Assembly: GCF_006345805.1 (NCBI RefSeq)
Contig: NC_043002.1
Span: 103,788,001-103,852,000 of the forward strand
Origin: Octopus sinensis
Lineage: Eukaryota
Direction: 5' to 3'
DNA length: 64,000 nucleotides
Under the pieces are notes generated by a model. The model was given only the letters and a program-made list of their open reading frames with translations, did no database searches and was not told the origin of the DNA. The position numbers were made by a program, and so were the translations under genes. How positions within the stretch are numbered: position 1 is the first letter of the stretch; every line of letters starts with the position of its first letter. This document shows positions 51,541 through 64,000 of this stretch, one piece after another.

Positions 51541-52198
51541 GCGAGAGAAAGGAACCAATCTGATGAGAGGTTTTTCTTTCGTCTGTTGGTCTTTGTTGAT
51601 CATTAAATGCTGGTCTTGCGGTAGAAATATTTGAATTTCTTACAACCAGGATACACAAACTTCATTTAAAGTCATTTATATATTTACAATTCACTGTTGC
51701 GAACTTAGTCATAGTCGTCATATTGACGTTAATGGCGAGAATGACTTAGACACTTAATGAATGGCGTTAATTAAATTATGTAATTCTTTGAAACTGTGCT
51801 TGCAGAAACACTAAACAGCTCTGAAATGTGTAAGAGTAAACATGCTTTCACGTGTTCTCTCGGTATTTGGGCAGTTTCTTTCATGTCATGTGATATGTCC
51901 ACTAGGCGACATGTTGGTGTGGTAGTTACGCAAGCATTAGAATGAGTTGTGAAATATTCCATAGCCCATGTAGAAATTATGTTAGGTAATATAAGCAATG
52001 AGAGATCAATTATATGGATGTACGATCACGAAGAAATGGCAGTGAAAATTCTCAACAGCCATATTCTACCGTCTTAAAGTAATTGAAGACATATTGAAGA
52101 ATATAGTTTGAAACAACCGGAATGAGGCGATTGGGTGCAACTATACGCATGCCGAAATTTTCGTGCTTTCATGGAAGTCACTTTTGGTACATAATGCA

Positions 52199-52260
<62 letters not shown>

Positions 52261-52957
52261 TTGAAGGAAAAATATAAGGGGAAGAGATTGATTATAGCAA
52301 TTATTACGAAGAATTCACGTGATACACATATTGATGCGATTTGTACATTATATTTGCTGGCATGTGAAGGTGTGTAACTTAATGATTGGAGGATTCGGTT
52401 TATAAACGTAAGATTATTAGGTTGATACTCGACGACGCGTTGTATTCTTGAGCGAGACACCGTGTTTCACGATGATCCAGTTCCACTCAGCTCGCAACAA
52501 AAAGTAGTACGTGCGTTTCAAAGGGGCCAGCTTTGTCAAATTCTGTGTCAAGCTGAATCTCCCTGAGAACTAATCTAAGAGCAGGTGTGTCTGTAGAGTG
52601 CTCAGTCCTTATCAGAATTAACTCCTCGAGCAGGTTCTTCAATTGATCAAATCAACGGAGGGATACTTAATTTTATGCCGTTATATTGTCCTCTTCTACT
52701 AAATGAGCAAGTTCGAATCGTCAAGAATTTTGCTTCGAAATTACGAGGTCTCCAACAATTTCCCTCTACATGACATCTTGTGTCAATGTCTTATGGAAGA
52801 GCCTTGTCTTGATACAATATTTGGGAGTGGAACCGGGTTGATGTGAGAGCGTGCCGGGTTCATTATATCTGTAATTAAATCGTTCAAGTTTATCATATCA
52901 TATTATATTTACTGTCTGAAAATCAGAATGTGGGTGTGTATGTAAAGATAAATAGAT

Positions 52958-52959
<2 letters not shown>

Positions 52960-53053
<94 letters not shown>
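52960..53053. repeat. (GATA)n microsatellite
   Basis: Read directly from the sequence. Confidence 0.96.
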
Positions 53054-53054
<1 letters not shown>

Positions 53055-53264
53055 TCATGTAGAGCATTGGGATCAGAGATTTAAGAAATAATCGCAGTAA
53101 GCACCACCCGCATAGACTCAGCTATCAATTCACGTAGAACTTAAATTAAGATAGAGATTAACTTGTCCGTAGAACCGAAAATCCAGGATGTACGAAGAGT
53201 AATTATTTGCATGAGGATTAAAACTCTAATCATAATATTAGGATGATTTTAGGATTGTGTATAT

Positions 53265-53295
<31 letters not shown>

Positions 53296-53939
53296 CGTGT
53301 GTGTGTGTGAATGTGTGTGTGTGTAAATTTTAGTAATTTCAACGCTACCTCAATTGAGAGAACGACTACGTACGCGTGGTCGAAATTAATAAATATTCAC
53401 ATGGTTGGCCGCCGATACATTTTTCTGCAAAATATGGATAGTTTATCCTGTTCATACTATATTATCAACATCATCCTGCTATTGAGAATTAAATTATTTA
53501 CACATCTGTATCTTTCAATACATCTCAACACTTCTAAAGCAAACTTTGTTGAATTCAACGTACGATAGCTAGATTTATATATCCTAAATTTCCAACAGAA
53601 TTGGTCGTTCGGACACTGTAGCTTAATGGTAAAGCACTTGACCTGTAATCGTAGGGATGTGAGTGAGTTCGTGGCTGATGGCTGGGCTCCGACAGATTTT
53701 TCTACAAAATATGGATAGGTTATCCTGTTCATTCTATATTATCCTGTATTTGATAAGCATTCATGTACTTCTTTTGTTAATCATATATATTTCGTTCGCA
53801 ATCTTATTGTAAAGCTGTCTCCTATGTTGTGACTTTTAAATCTCACTCATGTTGATTTCACTTTTTCATTCTTTGACATCAGTAAAACACTATGTAAGTA
53901 TTGGTGTCGATAGTCCCCTCAAAACTGCTGGTCAACTTG

Positions 53940-54350
53940 GTTGTGTGCTAATAATCTTGCTTCGCAACCACATGGTTCCACATTTAGTCGCACCCTGTAG
54001 CATTTTGGGCAAGTGTATCTTCTACTATATCGCTGGGCTGACCAAAGACTTGAGTGGTTTTAGTAAACAAAAACCGAAAGAAACATGCCGTATATGTGTG
54101 TGCGCATATGTGCGTGTATGTGTGTGTGTATCCTTCTTTCTGTATTTGACCCTACCACCGCTTCACAGCCGGCGTGGGTATCTTTACACCCCCGTAACTT
54201 AGTGGTTCGGCGAAAGCGAACGAGAGAATGAGTATCAGCCTTTCAAAAAATTAACACTACAGTCGATTCGTTTAAGTAACGAAATTCTTGAAGGCAGTGC
54301 CCCAGCACGGCCACAGTCTAATGACTAAAACAAGGAAAAGATAGATAAGA
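53940..54350 (+). mobile_element. Degenerate SINE (54763 family)
   Basis: Contains CAACCACATGGTTCC, TTGGGCAAGTGT, an internal (TG)n and the tail GAAGGCAGTGCCCCAGCACGGCCACAGTC. Confidence 0.7.
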
Positions 54351-54762
54351 CACGTAAAGCTTGACGAGTCCATGAGGATGTAATGTCGTCGTTTGAGATC
54401 CGTGGACACACGTTCGATCCCACTAGATGTCTAAATCGACAAATCTCTTCTACGATAATTGCAGTCCGGCCAGCATTTCTCTGAATGAAATTTCCTTGAT
54501 GGAAACTAACATATTTGGAAGCGCATAGTTTAGTGATCAGGGTGTCGGACTCGAAACCGTGAGAAGAATACGCTTTCCATTCCCGAACCACGTGATACAC
54601 ATTTCCCTGTGTATTGGTAATCCCGCAACGAAGATGTGCGTTATTTGTCGAGAGAGGAATGTATACACCACAGAGACCGAGAAACCGACAGAACCGTCTT
54701 GATAGTCTATATGACCCGAGACAGCCTTTTACTCTTTTTTTAAAAAAGCAAAACATGTATAT

Positions 54763-54924
54763 AGGCGCAGGAGTGGCTGTGTGGTAAGTAGCTTGCTAAC
54801 CAACCACATGGTTCCGGGTTCAGTCCCACAGCGTGGTATCTTGGGCAAGTGTCTTCTGCTATAGCCCCGGCCGACCAATGCCTTGTGAGTGGATTTGGTA
54901 GACAGAAACTGAAAGAAGCCTGTC

Positions 54925-54984
<60 letters not shown>

Positions 54985-55213
54985 GTGTATGTGTGTGTGT
55001 TTGTGTGTGTGTGTGTTTGTCCCCCTAGCATTGCTTGACAACCGATGCTGGTGTGTTTACGTCTCCGTCACTTCGCGGTTCGGCAAAAAGAGCCCGATAG
55101 AATAAGTACTCGGCTTACAAAGAATAAGTCCCGGGGTCTCTTTGCTCGACTAAAGGCGGTGCTCCAGCATGGCCGCAGTCAAATGACTGAAACAAGTAAA
55201 AGAGTAAAAGAGT
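54763..55213 (+). mobile_element. Full-length tRNA-derived SINE with an internal (TA)n/(TG)n tract
   Basis: Head AGGCGCAGGAGTGGCTGTGTGGTAAG...GGGTTCAGTCCC and tail GAAACAAGTAAAAGAGTAAAAGAG. At least five related copies occur in the window. Confidence 0.88.
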
Positions 55214-55850
55214 AATATGTGCAGGAGCTATTGATGGATTGGTCTTTGAATTTGTTCTTTTACGTTACACCTAATACGTCGTCCAGTTTAATGCCCAATC
55301 GTAGATATAAAGCAGAATACATCTAGCTCTAATAATTATGCCAAAGTTGTTGATCGGTTTTTAAATTCTTCGCTTGAAGAACTTTTTGATGGATTGTTGC
55401 TTATGTTAGCAGCAAGATTTCTCCAACATCTGATCTATCACCGTTTCATGAATTTATTTGGTTGTAAGAATCGTGTATAAGTTTTTGATTTGATATAAAA
55501 ATTCTTCGTTTGCAAGACTTTCTGATGGATGCTGTTCTCGTTAGCGAGATTTTATCCATCGTCAGGTTCAGCACGTGATTTCTAATGAGTAGATTTTGGA
55601 ATAGATTTTGCTGTAAGGATTGAGTCCAAGTCTTTGATTTCTTGATAAATTTTCCCAGTTTACTCAACCTCTTAGAATGCTTTGTAAAAAATGTTCTTTA
55701 GCTCTTCAGCTTTCCCTGTGAGTAGTCTATGAACGAAATCAATTATACGACAGTGGATGCTGAGATGATGATTATGGTGTGGGGGGTGGAGTGATGGAGG
55801 TGGTATTCCTCTACCCACATATTTATATCCAGCTACGTATTGGACTGTGA

Positions 55851-56197
55851 AGGCGCATGGCTCAGTGGTTAGAGCGTCGAGCTTACGATCGTGAGGTTGT
55901 GAGCTCGAATCCCGGACCGGGCTGCGTGTTGTGTTCTTGAGCAAAGCACTTTATTTCACGTTGCTCCAGTTCACTCAGCTGTAGAAATGTGTTGCGACGT
56001 CACTGGTGCCAAGCTGTATCGACCTTTGTCTTTCCCTTGGATAACACTGGTGGCGTGGAGAGGGGAGGCTGGTATGCATGGGCGACTGCTGGTCTTCCAT
56101 AAACAACCTTGCCCGGACTTGTGTGTCTAGGAGGGTAACTTTCTAGGTGCAATCCCATGGTCATTCATGACCGAAGGGGGTCTTTACCCCCTTTACA
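55851..56197 (+). mobile_element. Full-length tRNA-derived SINE with a 13-bp target-site duplication
   Basis: A-box TGGCTCAGTGG and B-box-like GAGCTCGAATCC. Flanked by TATTGGACTGTGA (55838-55850) and TATTGGACTTTGA (56198-56210). Confidence 0.88.
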
Positions 56198-58517
56198 TAT
56201 TGGACTTTGATATGTTACCACTAACATTACTTAAGTTTCAGAGCTTCATTGGAACGCTTATTACTTTTTAAATATTTTCTCATTTGTTATGTACATATAA
56301 CGGCAATAGGTGTTGTACACAGTGCGGAATATAAGTTGTCGTAAAGTGTTACGGTAAAATTACGATATTTTGTTTCCTGAAATACAGTGATATTTATTGT
56401 GAATGAAGCCTAACCATGTAAGAGGATAATAAATACCAATAAAATCCCTCTAGAAGCATCTACAATGATTACAATTCATGTGTTTAAGTGAATGCTTATC
56501 ATATAGAAATTTGATTTACGAGAGGGATGTGTGGTAAACTCTGTGTGTGTCGTATTTCGCAATCATTCAAATCCTAAACTCGTAGCAATTTTGAAGCAGA
56601 ACATTTTAAGTATTCATAGCAAAAGTACGTGCCTTTTTACTGTAGAATTCACATATATTTTCAACGTTTGTCAAATGTTATTGCAAGTTTGAAGGCATCT
56701 TAGTCTGAAAAAATAAAAAAAACAGAACACAGAATAATTAAAACAATTCAAACAGTAAAAAAAAAAGAATGACAGTCATTAACAATAATTTGCCAGACGG
56801 TACGCTTCCGGCCAGTTTTGTTTCGAATACATGAACATTTCATTGAGATCTGCACTTTTAGTCTTCGTTTGCTCGCCGATAGTAAATCGCCAGTTACAAT
56901 ATCGCCAACTTAACCTCGTTCCCATATTTCAACAAATCACAATGCCAGTCATGTTATCAGGATATATTTTCATTAGGCCCTAAAAGCACAAATACGTATA
57001 TGTAGAGGTGCCAAAGTAATTTATTTTTCTTGCTGAAGACTATTAACATTCATTATTTTTTCTACTCAAGGATTTTGCTTTCGCTTCTGTTTTGTTTTAT
57101 TTTTTTTAGTTTTATTTATTCTTTTACACACGTTTGAATGTAAATCTCTTTCATGTGATAGTGACTGGATAATATATTTCAAGTATGGAAAACCATAATT
57201 GTGTTAAAACATGGAAGACTACAATTTATTTAAATGTGTGTCTTTATTCAATGCTATCTATTTATCTATTTAAAAAGATACTTAGATATATGGAAATTAT
57301 ACGAGTTTGTGACGGAAGATTCAAATACATGAAAAATAACGATACATGCAATCTATTAAAAGTATGGAAGGCGGTATTATATTCAAAGTAAGGCGACTGA
57401 AATCTATTTATTGTTTTGTAGATTATAATTATGAAATGGAAGACTGATATTATTAGATCCGTAGTTCTAAACCATTCTTCACTTATGGCCCTCTGATTCT
57501 TACTCTACATTGGTGGACCCTCCATTGCTATTCGACATCTTAAAAATTGTCAAAATTAATTTGTGCATTGTAGAAATACATATAACCAGTCTCTTGTGTA
57601 AGAGCTTTAACAAAAATATCTCATGTGGACCATCAAGGTTCACATGGTACCCGGCTGACGGTCACTGATTGAAATCATAGCAGATTATAAAATATTTAAA
57701 GTGTGACATTATGCAATATATTGCTTTCAAATTTTGGCACAAGGCCAGCAAGTTATAATGGGAGGTAAGTCAATTTCATCAACATCATTGTTCAAATATG
57801 GTACTGTTGTTTTTTACTCCGAAATAATAAAATGCAAAGCCGGTCTCGGTGAAATTTGAACTCAGAACATAAAGACATAACAGACTGTAATATATTTAGA
57901 ATAGAAAATATTGTAACATATTGAATGTATCGTAATTACGAATAAGGCGGTGAGCTGACACAGTCATTATCATGTAGGACAAAATACTTAGAGGCAGTTC
58001 TTCCAGTATCTTTGTTCCTGAGTTCTAATCACACCGAGTCCAAAATTGCATCATTTGCGAGTGGAGAAAATGAAGTACCAGTCATGTACGAGAAATCATA
58101 TAATAGGCTTGTCCTCTTTCGTTATCCTCGTGTTGTTATTGAATCCTACAAAGATTTGTGTCACATTCAGGGAAAAATATAGCCATCGTGGTCAAGTAAT
58201 ACGCCAAGAAAAAGAGTATTGGGGTTGAAGAAAAAAGTAATAATAAAGGTTAATATTCGTAATAGTAATATGCATTTCTATTTGGTGTAAAACATAATTT
58301 TGCCATAGAAAACTTTTGAATTTAATACATCAACATCTTTATCTTGTTTCAATTGATAATACTTGAAGTAAATACTAAATCCGCACCGTTCATATTTGCA
58401 ATTTGAAAACTGGAAAAATAGTGGTCAACGCAAAAAGTGTCGCCATTCCATATTTTCATAAAAGCCAAAGGAATATTTAGATACGTTGGCAATTCCTTGG
58501 TTAATATATCTTTACTA

Positions 58518-58520
58518 ATA

Positions 58521-58579
<59 letters not shown>

Positions 58580-58625
58580 TAATAATAATAAGAAGAAGAA
58601 GAAGAATAACAATAATAATAATAAC

Positions 58626-58662
<37 letters not shown>

Positions 58663-58682
58663 TAATAATAATAATAATAATA

Positions 58683-58719
<37 letters not shown>
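58518..58719. repeat. (AAT)n with AAC/AAG variants
   Basis: Read directly from the sequence. Confidence 0.96.
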
Positions 58720-58721
<2 letters not shown>

Positions 58722-59260
58722 ATGGCCTGATTCAGTACGAGGCAGTGGCTCTCATCGCTTCTGATCTTAACTGATTGTAAGTGTTATCATGTACATTGTT
58801 TTGTCTTGGTATAAAAGGTGGGCTACAGCAAATATTCTGCTCAATACCACAGATTTAACCATAACCAGTTGAGCATATCCCTTAGTGGCTGACGATATGT
58901 GCATCGCTGATCACGAGCAGAGGTATTGGGGTTGCATCATAGCCATATGTTGAGGGCGATTCTTTTGGGGTTCGAATAATTCATCTCTGGAAACATGGGT
59001 GTTTCATTCAACATCCTTAAACAACCCTTATTCACAAACCATTTGAACGGGATGGGTTACTCGAGGAGAAGAAAATTCTAACTGGGCCCCACCTGCAAGG
59101 TCATATGCTGTTTATCTTGATCACCATGTCGCGCACGTATGGTTGTGATGCATGTGCCTGATGTACTCTTATCAGGCGGGTAGTCATGATGGGTATACTG
59201 GGCTTTGAATGTTTTACCTCGATGTCATTTTGTTTTGGCATGCAGTGCTCTCTCAATCAA
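58720..59260. mobile_element. ~550-bp (AAT)-flanked interspersed repeat, copy C (inverted relative to A and B)
   Basis: Reverse complement of 38391-38947, with (AAT)n on both sides. Confidence 0.85.
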
Positions 59261-59305
59261 TGATAATAATAATAATAATATAGAATAATAATAATAATAA
59301 TAATA

Positions 59306-59370
<65 letters not shown>

Positions 59371-59495
59371 GGTGGTGGTGGTGGTGGTGGTGGTGGTGGT
59401 GATGATGACGATGATGATGATGATGATGATTATGGTGGTGGTGGTGGTGGTGGTGGTGGTGGTGGTGGTGGTGGTGGTGGTGATGATGATGATGA
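59261..59495. repeat. Compound (AAT)-(GAT)-(GGT) microsatellite
   Basis: Read directly from the sequence. Confidence 0.95.
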
Positions 59496-60184
59496 AAACA
59501 CGTTGGTGAGGAACAGAAAAATAAAACAGTGAGGTGAATGATCGAGTGAAACAGGTGAGGATGCAGAATTGTTGCTGCGAAAAACTCGACAGCAATGCAG
59601 TAGCAGCTGTAGAAAAGAGAGAGAGGAGAGAGAGAGAGAGAGAGAGAGATTGAGGGAGAGAGAAGACTGACTGAATCGGATGCTAACTGATGGTGGAATA
59701 TTTCTGCTGGAGCTACTTCGGATGCTATGGAAACACGGCGTATCCTGAGAGAATAGCAGTTGTATTTCTGTAGCAGTGCTATTTCAGAAAGACACACAGA
59801 TTAAATATCACCTGCTTAGAACGTGTTTGCTAACGGAAACAGCGAAACAATACCAAAGACTGCTACACACCGTTCCATACATACATACATACATACATAC
59901 ATACATACATACATACATACATACATACATTCATAAATAGATACTTACTTGCTTACATATATACACATACATACACACATACATACTTACTTACTTACAT
60001 ACATACATACATACTTACTTACATACATACATACATATATACATACATACAAGTATACGTACATACATAAATACATGTGTATGTGTGTGTGAGTGTGCGT
60101 GTGTTTCTGTGTGAGTTTTTTGTGCGTGTGCTTGTGTGTGTGTTTGTGTGTGTGTATGTGTGTGTGTGTATGTGTGTTGTGTGT

Positions 60185-60225
<41 letters not shown>

Positions 60226-60395
60226 GTGTGTGAGTGTGTGTATGCTAGTCACTTGTTTGGTCTACTTTTCAGCATTGCTCTAAATAGAGACGACGGATCA
60301 AGTTTAGATTCTTCGCAAGTCTGGGTCTTTTATTTCCAAGTTTCTCCCTTTCACATTCTCTTCGTCTATTTCAGACCAATAAAGAATATAATTGC

Positions 60396-60446
<51 letters not shown>

Positions 60447-61399
60447 CATGCACACACATACACCTATATTGTTGTACATTGGTGAATATTTACAACAATT
60501 AAATATTTGTATGGGCGTGTGTATGTATATATGTATCTGTGTATGCATCTATGTTTATGTGTGCATGTGTCTTTGTGTGTGTGTGGGAAGGCAAGCTATA
60601 AAGGAAATTAATTGCGCCTATGTATATCTCTTCATTTGTTCTCCTTCAAGTCCCAGAAGATCTCAAGCCAACCAGGAACCTTGTCTCGACAGGGATTCTC
60701 AACCAGGTAGAAATACAGACCAATACTTTCTTTTAAATCAAGCATCACTGCTTTATTTCTTCATTTTGAAATTCCATAAAGAAGCTTCTTAATACTGTAT
60801 ATTATGTGTGAAACAATATTCAGAACTATTAAGAATTGAATAAACTTGATCAAAAGTTCAAATTAGGCAAATATATGCGAAATAGCAGCAATGATATCAA
60901 TGAATAGTCACAAAATAGCACAGCGGACGAAGACATGAACTGTACGTTCAGAGTAATTGACTTCGTTTGTAGCGACACACATGCCTTTCTCTATTATTTG
61001 TATTACTTATTTCACACCCAAGAGTCGTTATTCTGAAGCATTGTTTTTATGGATGCTCATGCAAACAGGCAAAAACAAGGAACATATACAGAGAAGGCTT
61101 CTGCAACGTTTCCGCCTTCCCAAAATCCAGACACGCATCATTATTTGATCTGAAACTTAGAATAAGTCGCTGTTGTTAGTAGAAACTGCTGAAAGTGTGG
61201 GATCACGAAATTCTACAGGAAATTTTGAACCAAACTTACATGCGTGTAAATGGAGAAAGTTTACTTAGAAAGACAGAAACGTCTCCCGGGACACACAACT
61301 CTGCATAGCAGATACAATATTAGAAATTAAATACTTAAAGATAATAGACAGAAATATGCATTAAATGATATATTTGCATGTATACACAATATATATATA

Positions 61400-61770
61400 G
61401 GAGTGTCTGTGTGGTAAGTAGCTTGCTAATCAATCACATAGTTCCGGGTTCAGTCCCCATGGGCAACTGTCCTCTGCTATAGCCCCGGGCCGACCAATGC
61501 CTCGTGAGTGGATTTGGTAGGCGGAAACTCAAACAAGCCCGTCGTACATATGTATATATATATGTATGTGTTTGTGTGTCTGTGTTTGCCCCCCTAGCAT
61601 TGCTTGACAACCGATGCTGGCGTGTTTCCGTACCCGTCACTTAGCGGTTCGGCAAAAAGAGACCGATAGAAGAAGTACTGGGCTTACAAAGAATAAGTCC
61701 CGGGGTCGATTTGCTCGACTAAAGCCGGCGCTCCAGCATAGCTGCAGTCAAATGACTGAAACAAGTAAAA
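61400..61770 (+). mobile_element. SINE (54763 family)
   Basis: Aligns head to tail with 54763-55213. Confidence 0.85.
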
Positions 61771-61806
<36 letters not shown>

Positions 61807-61807
<1 letters not shown>

Positions 61808-62185
61808 CTCTCTTTACTCTCTCTTTTACTTGTTTCAGTCATTTGACTGCGGCCATGCTGGAGCACCGCCTTTAATGGACCATCTCGAACCCGGGACTTA
61901 TTTTTTGTAAGCCTGGTACTTATTCTATCGGGTCTCTTTTGCCGAACCGCTAAGTGACGGGGACGTAAACACACCAGCATCGGTCGTCAAGCGATGTTGG
62001 GGGGGGGACAAACAAAGACATACAAACATACATGCACACAGTTTCCGTCTACCAAATCCACTCACAAGGCTTGGTCAGCCCGAGGCTATAGTAGAAGACA
62101 CTTACCCAAGGTGCCACGCAGTGGGACTGAACCCGGAACCATGGCGTTGGTAAGCAAGCTACTGACCACAGAACCACTCCTGCGC
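61807..62185 (-). mobile_element. SINE (54763 family), inverted
   Basis: The reverse complement aligns with 54763-55213. Confidence 0.85.
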
Positions 62186-62211
62186 TTATATATTTATACA
62201 CACACATATGC

Positions 62212-62272
<61 letters not shown>

Positions 62273-62328
62273 TGCATACATATGAACAATTATGTATATA
62301 GACAGATTAGTTGATAGATAGATAGATA

Positions 62329-62398
<70 letters not shown>

Positions 62399-62661
62399 GG
62401 ATGGATGGATCACCGTGCAAAATCACGGGAGTGGATATACACATCATTTTAAAAAAAGTATATCTGAAATTTATCGTCTTCTTTGAATTTCGTTCACGTT
62501 TCACTTTTGTATGAGGTCCGTCTAATTTCTAATTAATTATTAAGCACAATAACTGAATAATCCTCTATTAAAACACACCAAGATATGTTTCAATGCAGCC
62601 TATGTAAGCCAAGTTGTAACAAGTACACACACACACACACAGACACATGCACGCACACACA

Positions 62662-62697
<36 letters not shown>

Positions 62698-63659
62698 AAT
62701 GTGGAGTTGGTTTGGCTTCATTCTGCACCATTCGTGAGTTGTGGAGCAGTTCTTAATGTTAGGAGGTCATCGCTATGGCTACAAGCGATGCGAGCAATGT
62801 CCTTCCTCTGTGCCATCTTTTAATACTACAACGCTAGGTCCGCCCATTAAATTAGTGACTTCTAACAAGGGGTTCGTTTCGTCATTTTATAAAAAAAAAA
62901 TACAGAATTTTGCTTCTTCTAGAAAGGGAGAAAGCGAAAGCTCGACAGAGGTAGTATAACATAAGTGAGATAAAATGAAACTGGGTAGGAGAAATAGTTA
63001 AAAATGATAAAGAGAATCGAAGGTAGGAGAAAAGAGAGAGAAAGGAAGAGAGAGGGAGTAGGAAACAAACCAAGAAAGAAAATGAGAAAGAAGCGAAGAA
63101 AGAAGGAAAGAAAGAATGGTATAAAGAAATATAGAAGCGTGGAAGCGAAAGTACGGTATATGATATTATGCATCGTGGAAAAGTGTGTGTTTGTGCCTGC
63201 GTGCTGGCGTGAGTGAGTGTTTGTGTGTGTGTATGTGTCCTCACACGAACCGACAAATATACACAGGCAAATATAGAGACTCGCACCCCCCACATAAATA
63301 TACATATTAGTGTGTTAGTATATATATATACATATGTGTATGTGTGTGTGTGTATCTATGTATAATAAATGAGATACAAAGTCACATGACGTAATGCATA
63401 TGATGCCAATGAGAGCGATAACAAAAAATGATGGGACAGTGAAATGTTCATGCCGGTTTCGTTCCCTCATGTGGGGAAGTTCGAATTTGCCTTCCGTTCA
63501 ATAGAGATGGGTCAGTAATGCGTTTGGGTTTCTTTCTCCATTACATTCTCCCAAACTCCAATCCCGCTCCATCCCTATTAACTTTGCCCCTATAAGAGAA
63601 AAGGCAAACAACCAACAAACACAGACACACATATGTATACTTTGATTTATATTTAATAA

Positions 63660-63744
<85 letters not shown>

Positions 63745-63804
63745 TAGATAGATAATAGATAGATAGATACATAGAGAAATACATAGACAGACAGATAGAC
63801 AGAC

Positions 63805-63857
<53 letters not shown>

Positions 63858-63896
63858 TAGTTATACATAGACAGATAGATATAGATATACATAGAC

Positions 63897-63953
<57 letters not shown>
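63745..63953. repeat. (GATA)/(GACA)n microsatellite
   Basis: Read directly from the sequence. Confidence 0.95.
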
Positions 63954-64000
63954 CGAATGTGCAAAGGCGCGTGGCTTTGTAAGGTCGTGAGTTCAATTTC

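Noticed and set aside
55363-55667. Diverged ~136-bp-spaced repeat and a weakly RTE-like translation
   Set aside because: Similarity is too weak to support by eye; it needs a profile search.
55851-55920. tRNA-like sequence
   Set aside because: No proper acceptor or anticodon stems. It is a SINE head, not a tRNA gene.
60651-60706. Candidate 56-nt exon (PEDLKPTRNLVSTGILNQ) with a pyrimidine-rich acceptor
   Set aside because: AAG acceptor and GTAGAA donor are weak, and such patterns are expected by chance in 64 kb. It needs RNA-seq.

Overview
An AT-rich, microsatellite-saturated eukaryotic window, probably intronic or intergenic. The repeat types resemble octopus genomes, but that is an inference. 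I found no host protein-coding exon I can support, and most listed ORFs are translated microsatellites. The only real coding sequence is retroelement-derived. It comprises a young, 5'-truncated Penelope-like element (PLE; RT plus C-terminal GIY-YIG endonuclease, 24724-29095) with a 282-bp inverted terminal copy, three R4/Dong-like LINE 3' fragments beside (AAT)n tracts, and a decayed CR1-like fragment. tRNA-derived SINEs are numerous. The main hidden layer is RNA structure. I can fold nine type I hammerhead-ribozyme-like motifs from about four repeat families, some canonical and some with core variants, all in elements that end at or near (TA)n tracts. Four more copies of a hammerhead-like motif do not fold canonically; two of these sit in a 770-bp retrozyme-like direct-repeat unit. 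A 1.15-kb near-perfect palindrome centred on a (TA) tract may be biological or an assembly artefact. All folds were done by eye and none is experimentally tested.
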